From: Spirochaetales bacterium
GTDB taxonomy: Bacteria; Spirochaetota; Spirochaetia; UBA9216
Assembly: GCA_003245835.1 (NCBI GenBank)
Contig: QKCC01000046.1
Location: 1 to 63,745, forward strand
DNA length: 63,745 nucleotides
Reading direction: 5' to 3'
The notes under the pieces are model-generated. The model did not search any database. It saw only the letters and a program-made list of their open reading frames with translations, and was not told the DNA's origin. The translations under genes were made by a program, and so were the position numbers. This document shows positions 1-8,814 of the stretch, in pieces. Position 1 is the first letter of the stretch. Every line of letters begins with the position of its first letter.

Positions 1-1
1 G

Positions 2-736
2 TCGGATAAACATCAGTTTATATGGCTCGGTGCGGATGAAGTAGAAGAACAGGGAGTCGTTCAGACTAACCAGTTCCTGATAATCAATAACGGCAGGGGA
101 ACTCTTGTCGATCCGGGCGGAATTCATCTGTTTTCAAGGGTAGTGGCCCTGGTGAGCAGGTATATAGATCTGGACAAAATCGATAACATCTTTTTTTCAC
201 ATCAGGATCCGGATGTTTCAAGCGGTATCGCATTATGGCTTGGCGTAACCAAGGCTCAAATCTATATATCACAGTTATGGATAAGATTCATTCCTCATTT
301 CGGTATTGTGGACAACAGCCGGATTAAGGCAATCGAAACCCTCGGCGGAAAGCTATCACTCGGATCAGGAGCTTCTCTGAAGCTTATACCTGCTCATTTT
401 CTGCATTCATGCGGTGTTTTTACATTTTTTGACCCTGTATCCGGCACGCTTTTTACGAGCGATATAGGAGCTGCTGTTTTCCCTTCTAACGGACAATATC
501 TTTTTGTTGAAGATTTTGAAAAACACCTTGCCATAATGGAGCCCTTTCATAAACGTTATATGGCATCCAATACTGTTATCAAAAAATGGATCAGCTCGCT
601 TAACGGACTTGATATAAAACTCATAGCGCCGCAGCATGGTGCATTAATCAAGGATGGAAATATCTCCAAGTTTTTTAACTGGTTTTCCAATCTCCGCTGC
701 GGAATAGATATTCTGGACAGTATCTATAATAGCTGA
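2..736 (+). CDS. Oxygen-binding di-iron protein (ODP)-like metallo-beta-lactamase-fold protein, 5' partial
   Basis: The frame is open from base 2 (SDKHQFIWLG...VQTNQFLI...LVDPGG). It has the SHQDPD, HFLH, FTSDIG and APQHG metal motifs, lacks a flavodoxin domain, and lies 7 nt upstream of a soluble MCP. Confidence 0.85.
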   Translation, partial: SDKHQFIWLGADEVEEQGVVQTNQFLIINNGRGTLVDPGGIHLFSRVVALVSRYIDLDKIDNIFFSHQDPDVSSGIALWLGVTKAQIYISQLWIRFIPHFGIVDNSRIKAIETLGGKLSLGSGASLKLIPAHFLHSCGVFTFFDPVSGTLFTSDIGAAVFPSNGQYLFVEDFEKHLAIMEPFHKRYMASNTVIKKWISSLNGLDIKLIAPQHGALIKDGNISKFFNWFSNLRCGIDILDSIYNS

Positions 737-743
737 GGTTTTT

Positions 744-1598
744 ATGAATTCAGATTTTAAACTTTCTTTTTACAGAAAAACAATCGGATTGCTTACAATC
801 GGTTATAACAAGGGTGTAGTTCTCTCAAAAATTACACGAAGCGGAATGAATATTATCGGTCAGAAAATCGGCAGCATTCATAACGCCCTTGAAACAATAG
901 TAACCAGCTTTGAAGAAATCCGTGCGACCTCTGAAAGCACTGCGTCAAATACCGAAAACATCTACAACAGTATGACCGGTATTATCGATTCGACCGCTAG
1001 GGTCAATACTGCCATGCATGCGAATGTAGACGAGATTAGAAAGGCCGCCGTCGAATCAAAAAAAATCCAGGAATTATTCTCTATTCTTGATGAACAGTCA
1101 TCACTTGTAAAAGGGATGACGCATGAAATTGATGACGTAGCGCAGCAGACTAATATTCTTGCCATAAACGCATCTATTGAAGCGGCGCGGGCCGGAAGCG
1201 CCGGTAAAGGCTTCCATATCATCGCCAAGGAAGTCAGGAAGCTGTCTGAGCAGACCCAGGAATTTGCGACCAAAATAGACGGTACAATAAACGGTTTTAA
1301 CAGCGGACTGGTACAGGTGCAGTCTTCTTTCAACAGCCTGCTGGGTCTTCTGGAGAACTTTCAGAAAGATCTGGTTGCCACCAGCCAGATTTTTGATGAA
1401 AATAACGGACGGCTCGAGTCTTCGGGACGGATGCTGGCGGAAATTAAAGCCGGTATAACAGAGCAAACCGAGGCTATGACCGACGGGCTTAAATCGCTTG
1501 AGAATGTATTTTCTCTTCTGAAAGACACAAACACTATCTCGACAACCCTGAACAACAGCCATGTTGCCCTCGATCAGCTTCTTAACAAGAAAAGCTGA
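744..1598 (+). CDS. Soluble methyl-accepting chemotaxis protein
   Basis: Hairpin-tip motif QTNILAINASIEAARAGSAGKGFHIIAKEVRKLSE; no transmembrane segment; GAGG SD. Confidence 0.9.
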   Translation: MNSDFKLSFYRKTIGLLTIGYNKGVVLSKITRSGMNIIGQKIGSIHNALETIVTSFEEIRATSESTASNTENIYNSMTGIIDSTARVNTAMHANVDEIRKAAVESKKIQELFSILDEQSSLVKGMTHEIDDVAQQTNILAINASIEAARAGSAGKGFHIIAKEVRKLSEQTQEFATKIDGTINGFNSGLVQVQSSFNSLLGLLENFQKDLVATSQIFDENNGRLESSGRMLAEIKAGITEQTEAMTDGLKSLENVFSLLKDTNTISTTLNNSHVALDQLLNKKS

Positions 1599-1615
1599 CA
1601 TTCATATTGTCAGCT
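1593..1615. terminator. Hairpin between convergent genes
   Basis: AGCTGACA-7nt-TGTCAGCT inverted repeat; no strong U-tract on the + strand. Confidence 0.4.
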
Positions 1616-1631
1616 GCTGATCGATAAGCAA

Positions 1632-3839
1632 TCAGGGATCATAGGTTTTGTAATTTTCCCTGCCCTGAAGCACCCTGATCACGCCATCGGCAAGCGCCTG
1701 CATCTCATTTTCACCCGGATAAACGGTTATACCGCAGTTCAAATTTGCTACATCCCTGCGAATGCCGTCAGTAAGCCGGTCAGACCTCGACATTCCGCCT
1801 GTAAGAATAATCTGATCAATTTTTTCTCCGTTGAATGCCGGCAGCAGGGAACATATTTCCTTTGAAAGCTGATAGGTCAATGCACTGAAGACTAAATCTG
1901 CATCTTTGTCACCCTGCTCTATCCGGGCTTCCACATCCCTGAGATCATTTGTCTGCAGCAAATCTACCAGTCCACCGGCCCCCTTATTGAGTTTTTTCAG
2001 CTGTTCTTTTGTATACCTTCCGGAGAAGCATAAATCAATAAGCTGGCCGGGTGGAAGGCTGCCTGATCGCTGCGGTGAGAATGGACCTTCTCCGTTAAGG
2101 GCGTTATTAACATCAACGTACCGCCCCCTGAAATGTGCTCCTACGGAAATTCCGCCGCCCATATGCGCAACAATAACATTTATATTCTTATAAAAGGTTT
2201 CGTGTTCTTCAGCCCACCTTCGTGCCGAAGCTATCTGATTTAAAGCATGACTTATCACGTACCTGCGAATCTCTTTAATCCCGGTAATTTTGACCTTTTC
2301 TTCAACCTCGTCAACTACAACCGGATCAACAATATATGCTTCAATTCCGGCAGATGCGGCAATTTCAGAAGCAATAATCCCGCCCAGATTCGATGCGTGT
2401 TCACCGCCTACCCCTGTCCTCAGATCCTCCAGCATTTTTTGGGTAACCAGGTAAGTCCCCTGCTTTATAGGCCTCAGAAGGCCTCCTCTACCGGCTACCG
2501 CGTCAAAACTCGAAGCGCTGATGCCGTTCCTGTCTAAAAATGCAAGAATCTTTTCTTTACGGTATTCATACTGCTCAGTAACCGAACGGTTTTCAAATGC
2601 ATATAGTTCTTCTGCCGGATGCTGCAGTTCTTCGGAGCAAATCATGTAAGATCCTTCGAAGACGCTGACCTTTGTTGATGTGGAGCCTGGATTGATTGCA
2701 AGAACCCTGTATCTTTTAAAAAATGTGTCGTTTGGGGTCCGGGTCCAGGCTTCTTTTTTCAGGAGGTTAAGAATAGTAGCCTTTACCCCTAATCTTATAT
2801 CTTCAGAAGAACAGTCACGTGCAAGATCCACGGCTGAAAATCCTATTCCCGATAAAATACTGAATTTTTTTGAATTCGGAAACCTGGTTGCATAGAGATG
2901 GTAAAGCAGATTCCCCATATCCAGATTCGGACATATTATAACGTTAGCAGGTCCGTCCCAGCTTTCGAGCTTGTCGTGACTGTAGTACATAGCAGAACGC
3001 CGCGATAGTGCTACATTGACTTTAACTTCGCCCTCGATAGATATACTACCGTAACGGCTGTCCTGCTTTACATACTTCTTCAAAAGTACCGGAACAATCT
3101 CTGATGCCTGTTTAACCAGCTCGGGGGAAGGTCCCTCATCAGAGCCGTGGTTCGAATACGATACTATAGCTCCCTGTATTTCCGGCAGGATATCTTCAGG
3201 AATGATATTTCTGGCAATCGTACAAGTATCAACCGCAATATGAGCAAGTACCTCCGGAGTCATTGTTCCGTTTACACCGACATCGCCGAATACGATTATA
3301 TTATTCGAATAAATTTCTTCATTGTTTTCGTCAGGCAGAACAAAAACGCCAGTTTCAGACTGTACTTTTCTGGTTTTCAGATATTTCAGCAGCGGCCGGA
3401 AATATGTTACTGCTTCGTGTGTGCTTCCTCCAACGACAATATCAGCATGTCCCATTTTTACTGCAAAAATACCGAAAATACAGGAGTCTTTAACATATTC
3501 AACCGCTGAGCTGTATTCGATATTTCTTCCCTGAGTAGATTCAGACTTTATATATTCAGCAGCAAAACTTTCGATAAGTTCTTTCTGCTCATTAATATCA
3601 ATGAAAACGGTCTGAGATAGCGCATACTCTATCCTGTTTTTTTCTAGAAATCCAAGTTCATTTTCTATAATCTTCCGGACAGTCTTTTCTGATTCGGGTA
3701 TTACCGGTCTGATAAATCTTGTCAGATAACACAGAGCTTCAAGCTGGCGGGAATCACAGGCCTCTGTAAAAAACACAGTCGGCCTGCCGCTTTTCAGTTC
3801 TGCTATCTGCCGGTCAAGAGATTCTTCGATATTATACAA
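1632..3839 (-). CDS. buk: Fusion of a phosphate acetyltransferase-type domain and butyrate kinase
   Basis: N-half has PTA-family motifs (SYSNHGS, ANVIICPNLDMGN, DLARDCSSEDI). C-half has Buk motifs (INPGSTSTK, GRGGLL, HASNLG, HALNQ, HMGGGISVGAH, PGENEM). TTG start with GGAGG SD. Confidence 0.88.
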   Translation of the reverse strand: MYNIEESLDRQIAELKSGRPTVFFTEACDSRQLEALCYLTRFIRPVIPESEKTVRKIIENELGFLEKNRIEYALSQTVFIDINEQKELIESFAAEYIKSESTQGRNIEYSSAVEYVKDSCIFGIFAVKMGHADIVVGGSTHEAVTYFRPLLKYLKTRKVQSETGVFVLPDENNEEIYSNNIIVFGDVGVNGTMTPEVLAHIAVDTCTIARNIIPEDILPEIQGAIVSYSNHGSDEGPSPELVKQASEIVPVLLKKYVKQDSRYGSISIEGEVKVNVALSRRSAMYYSHDKLESWDGPANVIICPNLDMGNLLYHLYATRFPNSKKFSILSGIGFSAVDLARDCSSEDIRLGVKATILNLLKKEAWTRTPNDTFFKRYRVLAINPGSTSTKVSVFEGSYMICSEELQHPAEELYAFENRSVTEQYEYRKEKILAFLDRNGISASSFDAVAGRGGLLRPIKQGTYLVTQKMLEDLRTGVGGEHASNLGGIIASEIAASAGIEAYIVDPVVVDEVEEKVKITGIKEIRRYVISHALNQIASARRWAEEHETFYKNINVIVAHMGGGISVGAHFRGRYVDVNNALNGEGPFSPQRSGSLPPGQLIDLCFSGRYTKEQLKKLNKGAGGLVDLLQTNDLRDVEARIEQGDKDADLVFSALTYQLSKEICSLLPAFNGEKIDQIILTGGMSRSDRLTDGIRRDVANLNCGITVYPGENEMQALADGVIRVLQGRENYKTYDP

Positions 3840-3860
3840 ATCTGCCTCCGATTTTGCTTA

Positions 3861-5573
3861 TCAAGTATCTTCGAACTCCTTCACAGGAATATCAAGAAGG
3901 AAGGAAATATGCTTATCAGCAGAGTAACTGTAAGTGAAGCTTCCATTAAGCTGCTGGGCAAGGTTTTCAAGCAGATTTAATTCAAAACCATCCATAGGAC
4001 ATTCATTTTCAGGATATTTTCCGGTACAAATATAAATAAACTCGAATGAATACCTGTCTTTTGAAAGACTTTCTTTTGATTTCATTATGAATTCAATTTT
4101 TTCACTTTTTTCACGTTTAAATAACTCGAACATTATTATCATGATACCGGCGAAAATCAAACCGGAAATCGTAGCTTTGTCAGTCGGAGCATGGATTTCT
4201 ATCAGCTCGGTCTGAGTCTTGAAGTTTTCTGCTGATAAATTGCTTTCTGTTTTTAGGTATCCTATAAGCCGGTTAATATAATCCTTTAAAGAGACAGCCC
4301 GAAAGTTGTCGGATTCATACATCAGCTCATGAACTATTGCCATTGAAAATAATCTCAATTCGAATCTTAAGATAAGATCATTACACTTTTCTGATACTTC
4401 ATCAGTTTTTTCAAAATTCAGCAGGCTTATGATAATCTGAAGATTGTTTTTTACCCGGTGATGCAGTTCTTTTATCAGTATTTCTTTTTGTCCCAGCGAG
4501 TCAGTCAGCTTGTTCTGAATATTTTTGAGCATACTGACATCGGTGAATACGGCATAACTTCCGCTGTAGTCTCTATCATCATCAAACAAGCCTCTGGGAC
4601 TGACAATTGTTTCTGTTCTGTTTTCATTCCTGTCGATCAGCGTCAGCTCGTACTGGTCGTTTCCGCCGGATTTCCTTAAGCTGATATTACATTCAAAAGC
4701 GTTTTTAAATTCGTCATCTATATAATCAAGCATATCGGTCCCGGCGATGTCCGTTTCATTCATACCGACCCAGTCGCAGAATTTTCTGTTTGCAAGTTTA
4801 ATCCTGTTGCTGCTGTCAATCACAACAAAACCGTCGTTCATGCTTTTTAATAGCTCAAAATATCTTCTTTCACTCTTAAACAGATCCATTTTAAAATTCA
4901 AATTCTGCGTGTTCAGTTTTACCCTTTGTCTGTATAAAAAGACCGAAATGAGAATTATCAGCAGCAAAACAGCAGTAGAAAAAATGGTTATTACGATAAA
5001 AAGACTTCTGATCTCAGATGATAATCTCTGTATATAAAAACCCGTTCCAATTATCCAGCCCCATGGTTCGTAGCTCTTCACAAAGGATTTTTTTGCCAGC
5101 ACATCGCCGCCCGAATACGGAACTTCCCAAAGATATTCGAGATAACCTTCACCGGATGTTTTGGCAATATCAACCATTTCCTGAAACAGCCTGTTCCCTT
5201 TTGCGTCCGTGTAATTGCCTACATAGGTATGTTCCAGATCCTTCTGAAAAGGATGCATCAGCAAAACCGGCTGCATATCAATAATCCAGAAGTAAAAATC
5301 CTTTTTCTCGCCGTATCTCTGGTCTTCAAGAATTGACAGGGCTTCGGCCTTTGCATGGTGCAGACTAATAGTCCCGTTCTTTACGCTTTTGTTCATCGTA
5401 TCCAGAATCTGGATCTGAGACTCTACGAGCAGCTTTATATTCTCGGTCTCTTTTGCAACAAAAGATTTGCGTATATAGGGCATGATTATTATAAATATAG
5501 TTAATGAAAACAGCAGAATAATAATAAGCAAAGGAATAATTATACCTGATATCCTTATTTTTATCCTCTTCAT
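3861..5573 (-). CDS. Membrane sensor: single Cache, PAS and HisKA_2 domains with a degenerate HATPase domain
   Basis: Two TM helices flank an sCache_2-like domain (YFWI..LMHP..DAKG..GYLEYLW..WGWIIGTG), followed by a PAS domain and the H-box ELHHRVKNNLQII. Confidence 0.85.
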   Translation of the reverse strand: MKRIKIRISGIIIPLLIIILLFSLTIFIIIMPYIRKSFVAKETENIKLLVESQIQILDTMNKSVKNGTISLHHAKAEALSILEDQRYGEKKDFYFWIIDMQPVLLMHPFQKDLEHTYVGNYTDAKGNRLFQEMVDIAKTSGEGYLEYLWEVPYSGGDVLAKKSFVKSYEPWGWIIGTGFYIQRLSSEIRSLFIVITIFSTAVLLLIILISVFLYRQRVKLNTQNLNFKMDLFKSERRYFELLKSMNDGFVVIDSSNRIKLANRKFCDWVGMNETDIAGTDMLDYIDDEFKNAFECNISLRKSGGNDQYELTLIDRNENRTETIVSPRGLFDDDRDYSGSYAVFTDVSMLKNIQNKLTDSLGQKEILIKELHHRVKNNLQIIISLLNFEKTDEVSEKCNDLILRFELRLFSMAIVHELMYESDNFRAVSLKDYINRLIGYLKTESNLSAENFKTQTELIEIHAPTDKATISGLIFAGIMIIMFELFKREKSEKIEFIMKSKESLSKDRYSFEFIYICTGKYPENECPMDGFELNLLENLAQQLNGSFTYSYSADKHISFLLDIPVKEFEDT

Positions 5574-5645
5574 CTTTTATTTACCTGTATATATTCTAAT
5601 CTATTCAAACCTAAAAATCCAATTTCAATTTTGCTAAATTCTTTT

Positions 5646-6305
5646 TTATCCGGAAAATATATTTTCAGCAAACTCTTCAGCCGTTTTCAGCAGTCCAATG
5701 TTTTTCTTATAATCATCCTCAACAAGGTGCTGCGGCAAACCTAATTTGGTGTATATTTCGGAAAGTCTCGTTTTATCAGAGGTTACCTGTCCCGCAATCG
5801 CAAGCCTGGTTCCGTTAATACATTTCAAACTGTTTTTTTCACCAAGTGTTTCTTTCATAAAATCAAACAGATCAACCAGCGGCAAAGCATCTTCGACGGA
5901 TGATGATCCGTGGGCGGTAAAAAGAAATATTTTCTTGTTCCATGGATTATGGGGAGTATGAATAATACCTTCTTCGGTTATCCTGACGTTTATAAAAGAC
6001 CGGAACCTGTCAAGCAGGCGTTTCATCGATGATACGGTATGATGAAAATAGATCGGAGTTGCGAAAACAAGAACGTCTGAAGCACTTATTTCATCAGCGA
6101 GCCCGTTCCAGCAGTCATTTCGTATTGCGCATTTCTTCAGCACATTGCACATCAGGCAGCCGCGGCATTCTTTCAGGTCAAGCTCGCTGGTCCTGTACAC
6201 GGTTAAATCAGCACCTAATTCTTCAGCTCTGTCGGTAAATGATCTCAAAATTGCCGTACTGTTGCCGTTTTTTCTCGGACTTCCGTCGAATGCAGTAATT
6301 TTCAT
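5646..6305 (-). CDS. Flavodoxin-family iron-sulfur flavoprotein / NAD(P)H-dependent FMN reductase
   Basis: GSPRKNGNS, CRGCLMC...C cluster motif, FATPIYF. Confidence 0.85.
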   Translation of the reverse strand: MKITAFDGSPRKNGNSTAILRSFTDRAEELGADLTVYRTSELDLKECRGCLMCNVLKKCAIRNDCWNGLADEISASDVLVFATPIYFHHTVSSMKRLLDRFRSFINVRITEEGIIHTPHNPWNKKIFLFTAHGSSSVEDALPLVDLFDFMKETLGEKNSLKCINGTRLAIAGQVTSDKTRLSEIYTKLGLPQHLVEDDYKKNIGLLKTAEEFAENIFSG

Positions 6306-6311
6306 TCGTCT

Positions 6312-6340
6312 ATTTTAAAATATACTAGTATTTTATTCAA
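6312..6340 (-). promoter_or_regulatory. Sigma70-type promoter, leaderless geometry
   Basis: TTGAAT-17nt-TAAAAT-6nt-ATG(6305). Confidence 0.65.
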
Positions 6341-6347
6341 TTTTTAA

Positions 6348-6376
6348 TTGCAAAAACATCACTCGCCAAATATGAT
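6348..6376 (+). promoter_or_regulatory. Sigma70-type promoter, leaderless geometry
   Basis: TTGCAA-17nt-TATGAT-7nt-ATG(6384). Confidence 0.65.
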
Positions 6377-6383
6377 ATGTATT

Positions 6384-7343
6384 ATGAGCTTTATTTTACC
6401 AATCGGATCAGGAAAGGGAGGAGTCGGTAAAACAATTTTTACCGCAAACCTCGGTATAATGCTGGCACAATCAGGCAAAAAAACTGTACTGGTTGATCTA
6501 GATCTCGGCGGAAGCAATCTGCACACATGCCTTGGAATTAAAAACAGCAACTCCGGAATCAGTGCCGTTATCAATAAGCAGGAGAGTTCAATAGAGGAGC
6601 TTATCTTCGAAACCGGGGTTGAGAATCTCTATTTTATACCCGGAGACACTCTGAATCCCGGTACCGGAAACCTTCCCTTTTTTATAAAGCAGAAAATATT
6701 AAAACAGCTTAATAAAATTGATGCAGATTTTGTCATTCTCGACCTCGGTGCCGGTTCAACATATAATACTGTCGACTTTTTCCTTGTTTCCTCATACGGA
6801 ATAATTTTCACATCGCCCGAGACGACATCGGTACTCAACGCTTATTCTTTTATCAAGACCGCAGTCTTCAGAATGCTTTTCAGAAGCTTCAAATCAAAAA
6901 GCGCGGAACGCGATATTATCTATAATTTCGTGAACAGTAAAATTGAAGGTTCCGGGCGCTCATTCACAAGTGATCTTATAAATGAGCTGACAGCCAATTC
7001 ATATATGTCGGGACAGCTTGCAACCCAGAAAATAAAGGAATTTCACCCCTGGGTTATTGTAAACAGGGCTGAAAACCAGGAAAGTGTCGATCTCGGACTG
7101 AAACTTCGCGACATCACCCGTAAAAATATCGGTATCGACCTCGATTTTCTTGGGGCTCTGCCTGAAGACAGGGAGGTACAGCTTTCAATTTTCAGACGCA
7201 GTCCTGTCGCGCTGACTCATCCGGACTCGGTTTTCATAAAAAGCCTCGGATTGATAGCAGCAAAGCTTTCATCCGGCGAAGCGTTTCCTCAGCCGGAGCT
7301 GTATCTTGATGATGATGATCTGCTGGCAATAGACGACGACTGA
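6384..7343 (+). CDS. MinD/FlhG(FleN)-family P-loop ATPase
   Basis: Deviant Walker A SGKGGVGKT, VDLDLGGSNLH, VILDLGAG. Start moved to ATG 6384 because the upstream TTG is the -35 box. Confidence 0.85.
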   Translation: MSFILPIGSGKGGVGKTIFTANLGIMLAQSGKKTVLVDLDLGGSNLHTCLGIKNSNSGISAVINKQESSIEELIFETGVENLYFIPGDTLNPGTGNLPFFIKQKILKQLNKIDADFVILDLGAGSTYNTVDFFLVSSYGIIFTSPETTSVLNAYSFIKTAVFRMLFRSFKSKSAERDIIYNFVNSKIEGSGRSFTSDLINELTANSYMSGQLATQKIKEFHPWVIVNRAENQESVDLGLKLRDITRKNIGIDLDFLGALPEDREVQLSIFRRSPVALTHPDSVFIKSLGLIAAKLSSGEAFPQPELYLDDDDLLAIDDD

Positions 7344-7359
7344 GTCTGCCCGGCCCGGA

Positions 7360-8814
7360 TTATCCTTCGTATATTTTCAGATAATCCCCGGCAGAGTTTT
7401 CCCATGAGAACCGTTTTCTCATTGCACGCTTTCTCATATTTCTGATGTGTTCTTTTCTCGACTCCCAGGTTTCAATTACCCAGCGCACTACATTGTAGAG
7501 CACGTCAGGCCTGAGGTCGTCAAAAACAAAGCCCGTACCGGAACCCGTTTCCTGATTATAATTTTCTACTGTGTCTGCAAGCCCCCCGGTATTTCTGACA
7601 ATCGGCAGCGTTCCGTATGAAAGCGAATATATCTGGTTCAGACCGCAAGGTTCATACCTGCTGGGCATCAGGAAAAAATCACATCCCGCTTCTATCATGT
7701 GGGCCAGCCTGTTGTTATAACCGATAGTTACACTCAGGTTAGGAAGTTTTTTCGAAAGTGTCGTCAGTTCAGCCTCGCACCACGCATCGCCTGAACCGAG
7801 GATCACGAACTGTACATTCATATCCTTACAGATTGAATAAACCGCGCCTGTACCGGGTTCAAATAATTCCCTGATGCCTTTCTGGTCAACGAGCCGAGTT
7901 ACAATGCCTATCAGCGGGGTAGATTGCTTCACATGAAGCCCCATTTCCTGCTGCAGCCGTTTTTTTACGTTATTCTTTCCGCTTATTCTTTTTTCGGAAA
8001 AATTATCCGGTTTGATATATTCATCTTTTTCCGGATCCCATTCCGAATAATCAATACCGTTAAGTATTCCGGACAGATCAGCCTTCCGGTAGTTTAGAAG
8101 GCCGTCCATGCCGAAACCGAACTCGGGACGTTTTATTTCCTCTGCATAGGTTGGTGATACTGTTGTTATTTTGTCCGCCGTGATTATTCCGGACTTAAGA
8201 AAATTGAGTGCGCCTGCAAACTCAAGCGTCGACAAGTTGAGCATATCTGTCTCAGGCTGAAGATATACTGCATCATCAAGAGAGAATATCCCCTGGTAGC
8301 CTAAATTGTGGATAGTCAGAACACTTTTGGTCTTATCGAAACCCCGGTATTGTTCTTCTTTTTTTAGAAGGTAGCATGCCGGTGCCGAAGGCCAGTCATG
8401 ACAGTGAAGAACATCAGGAATCCAGTGAAGCATCCGGCACAGCTGAAACGCTCCCCTGGATAAAAGTGAATACCTGGCAGCATTGTCTTCAAAGCCCTGG
8501 TCAGCCCTGTGACCGTAGATTCCGTCGCGTCCGTAGAATCTTTCATGTTCAAGAAAATATACAGGCACGTCTACACCGGGCAGGCTGCCTTCATAGACAG
8601 CTGTCCACTCTTCGCCTTTTCCGAGCCAGATACCGAGGGCTCCGTCTACCTGTTTCAGACTGTTTCGGTCTATATGATAATAGCGGGGCATCAGGATTCG
8701 CACATCCTGACCCATAGCTTTCAGCTGTACCGATAATGCTGTCACGACATCGGCAAGTCCGCCGGTCTTAGCAAATGGAATTGCTTCACTTGTCACCATC
8801 AGGATTTTTTTCAT
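7360..8814 (-). CDS. glgA: Glycogen synthase (GT5)
   Basis: KTGGLADV, HCHDW, TIHNLGYQG, MPSRYEPCGL; ATGA overlap with the upstream gene. Confidence 0.95.
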   Translation of the reverse strand: MKKILMVTSEAIPFAKTGGLADVVTALSVQLKAMGQDVRILMPRYYHIDRNSLKQVDGALGIWLGKGEEWTAVYEGSLPGVDVPVYFLEHERFYGRDGIYGHRADQGFEDNAARYSLLSRGAFQLCRMLHWIPDVLHCHDWPSAPACYLLKKEEQYRGFDKTKSVLTIHNLGYQGIFSLDDAVYLQPETDMLNLSTLEFAGALNFLKSGIITADKITTVSPTYAEEIKRPEFGFGMDGLLNYRKADLSGILNGIDYSEWDPEKDEYIKPDNFSEKRISGKNNVKKRLQQEMGLHVKQSTPLIGIVTRLVDQKGIRELFEPGTGAVYSICKDMNVQFVILGSGDAWCEAELTTLSKKLPNLSVTIGYNNRLAHMIEAGCDFFLMPSRYEPCGLNQIYSLSYGTLPIVRNTGGLADTVENYNQETGSGTGFVFDDLRPDVLYNVVRWVIETWESRKEHIRNMRKRAMRKRFSWENSAGDYLKIYEG

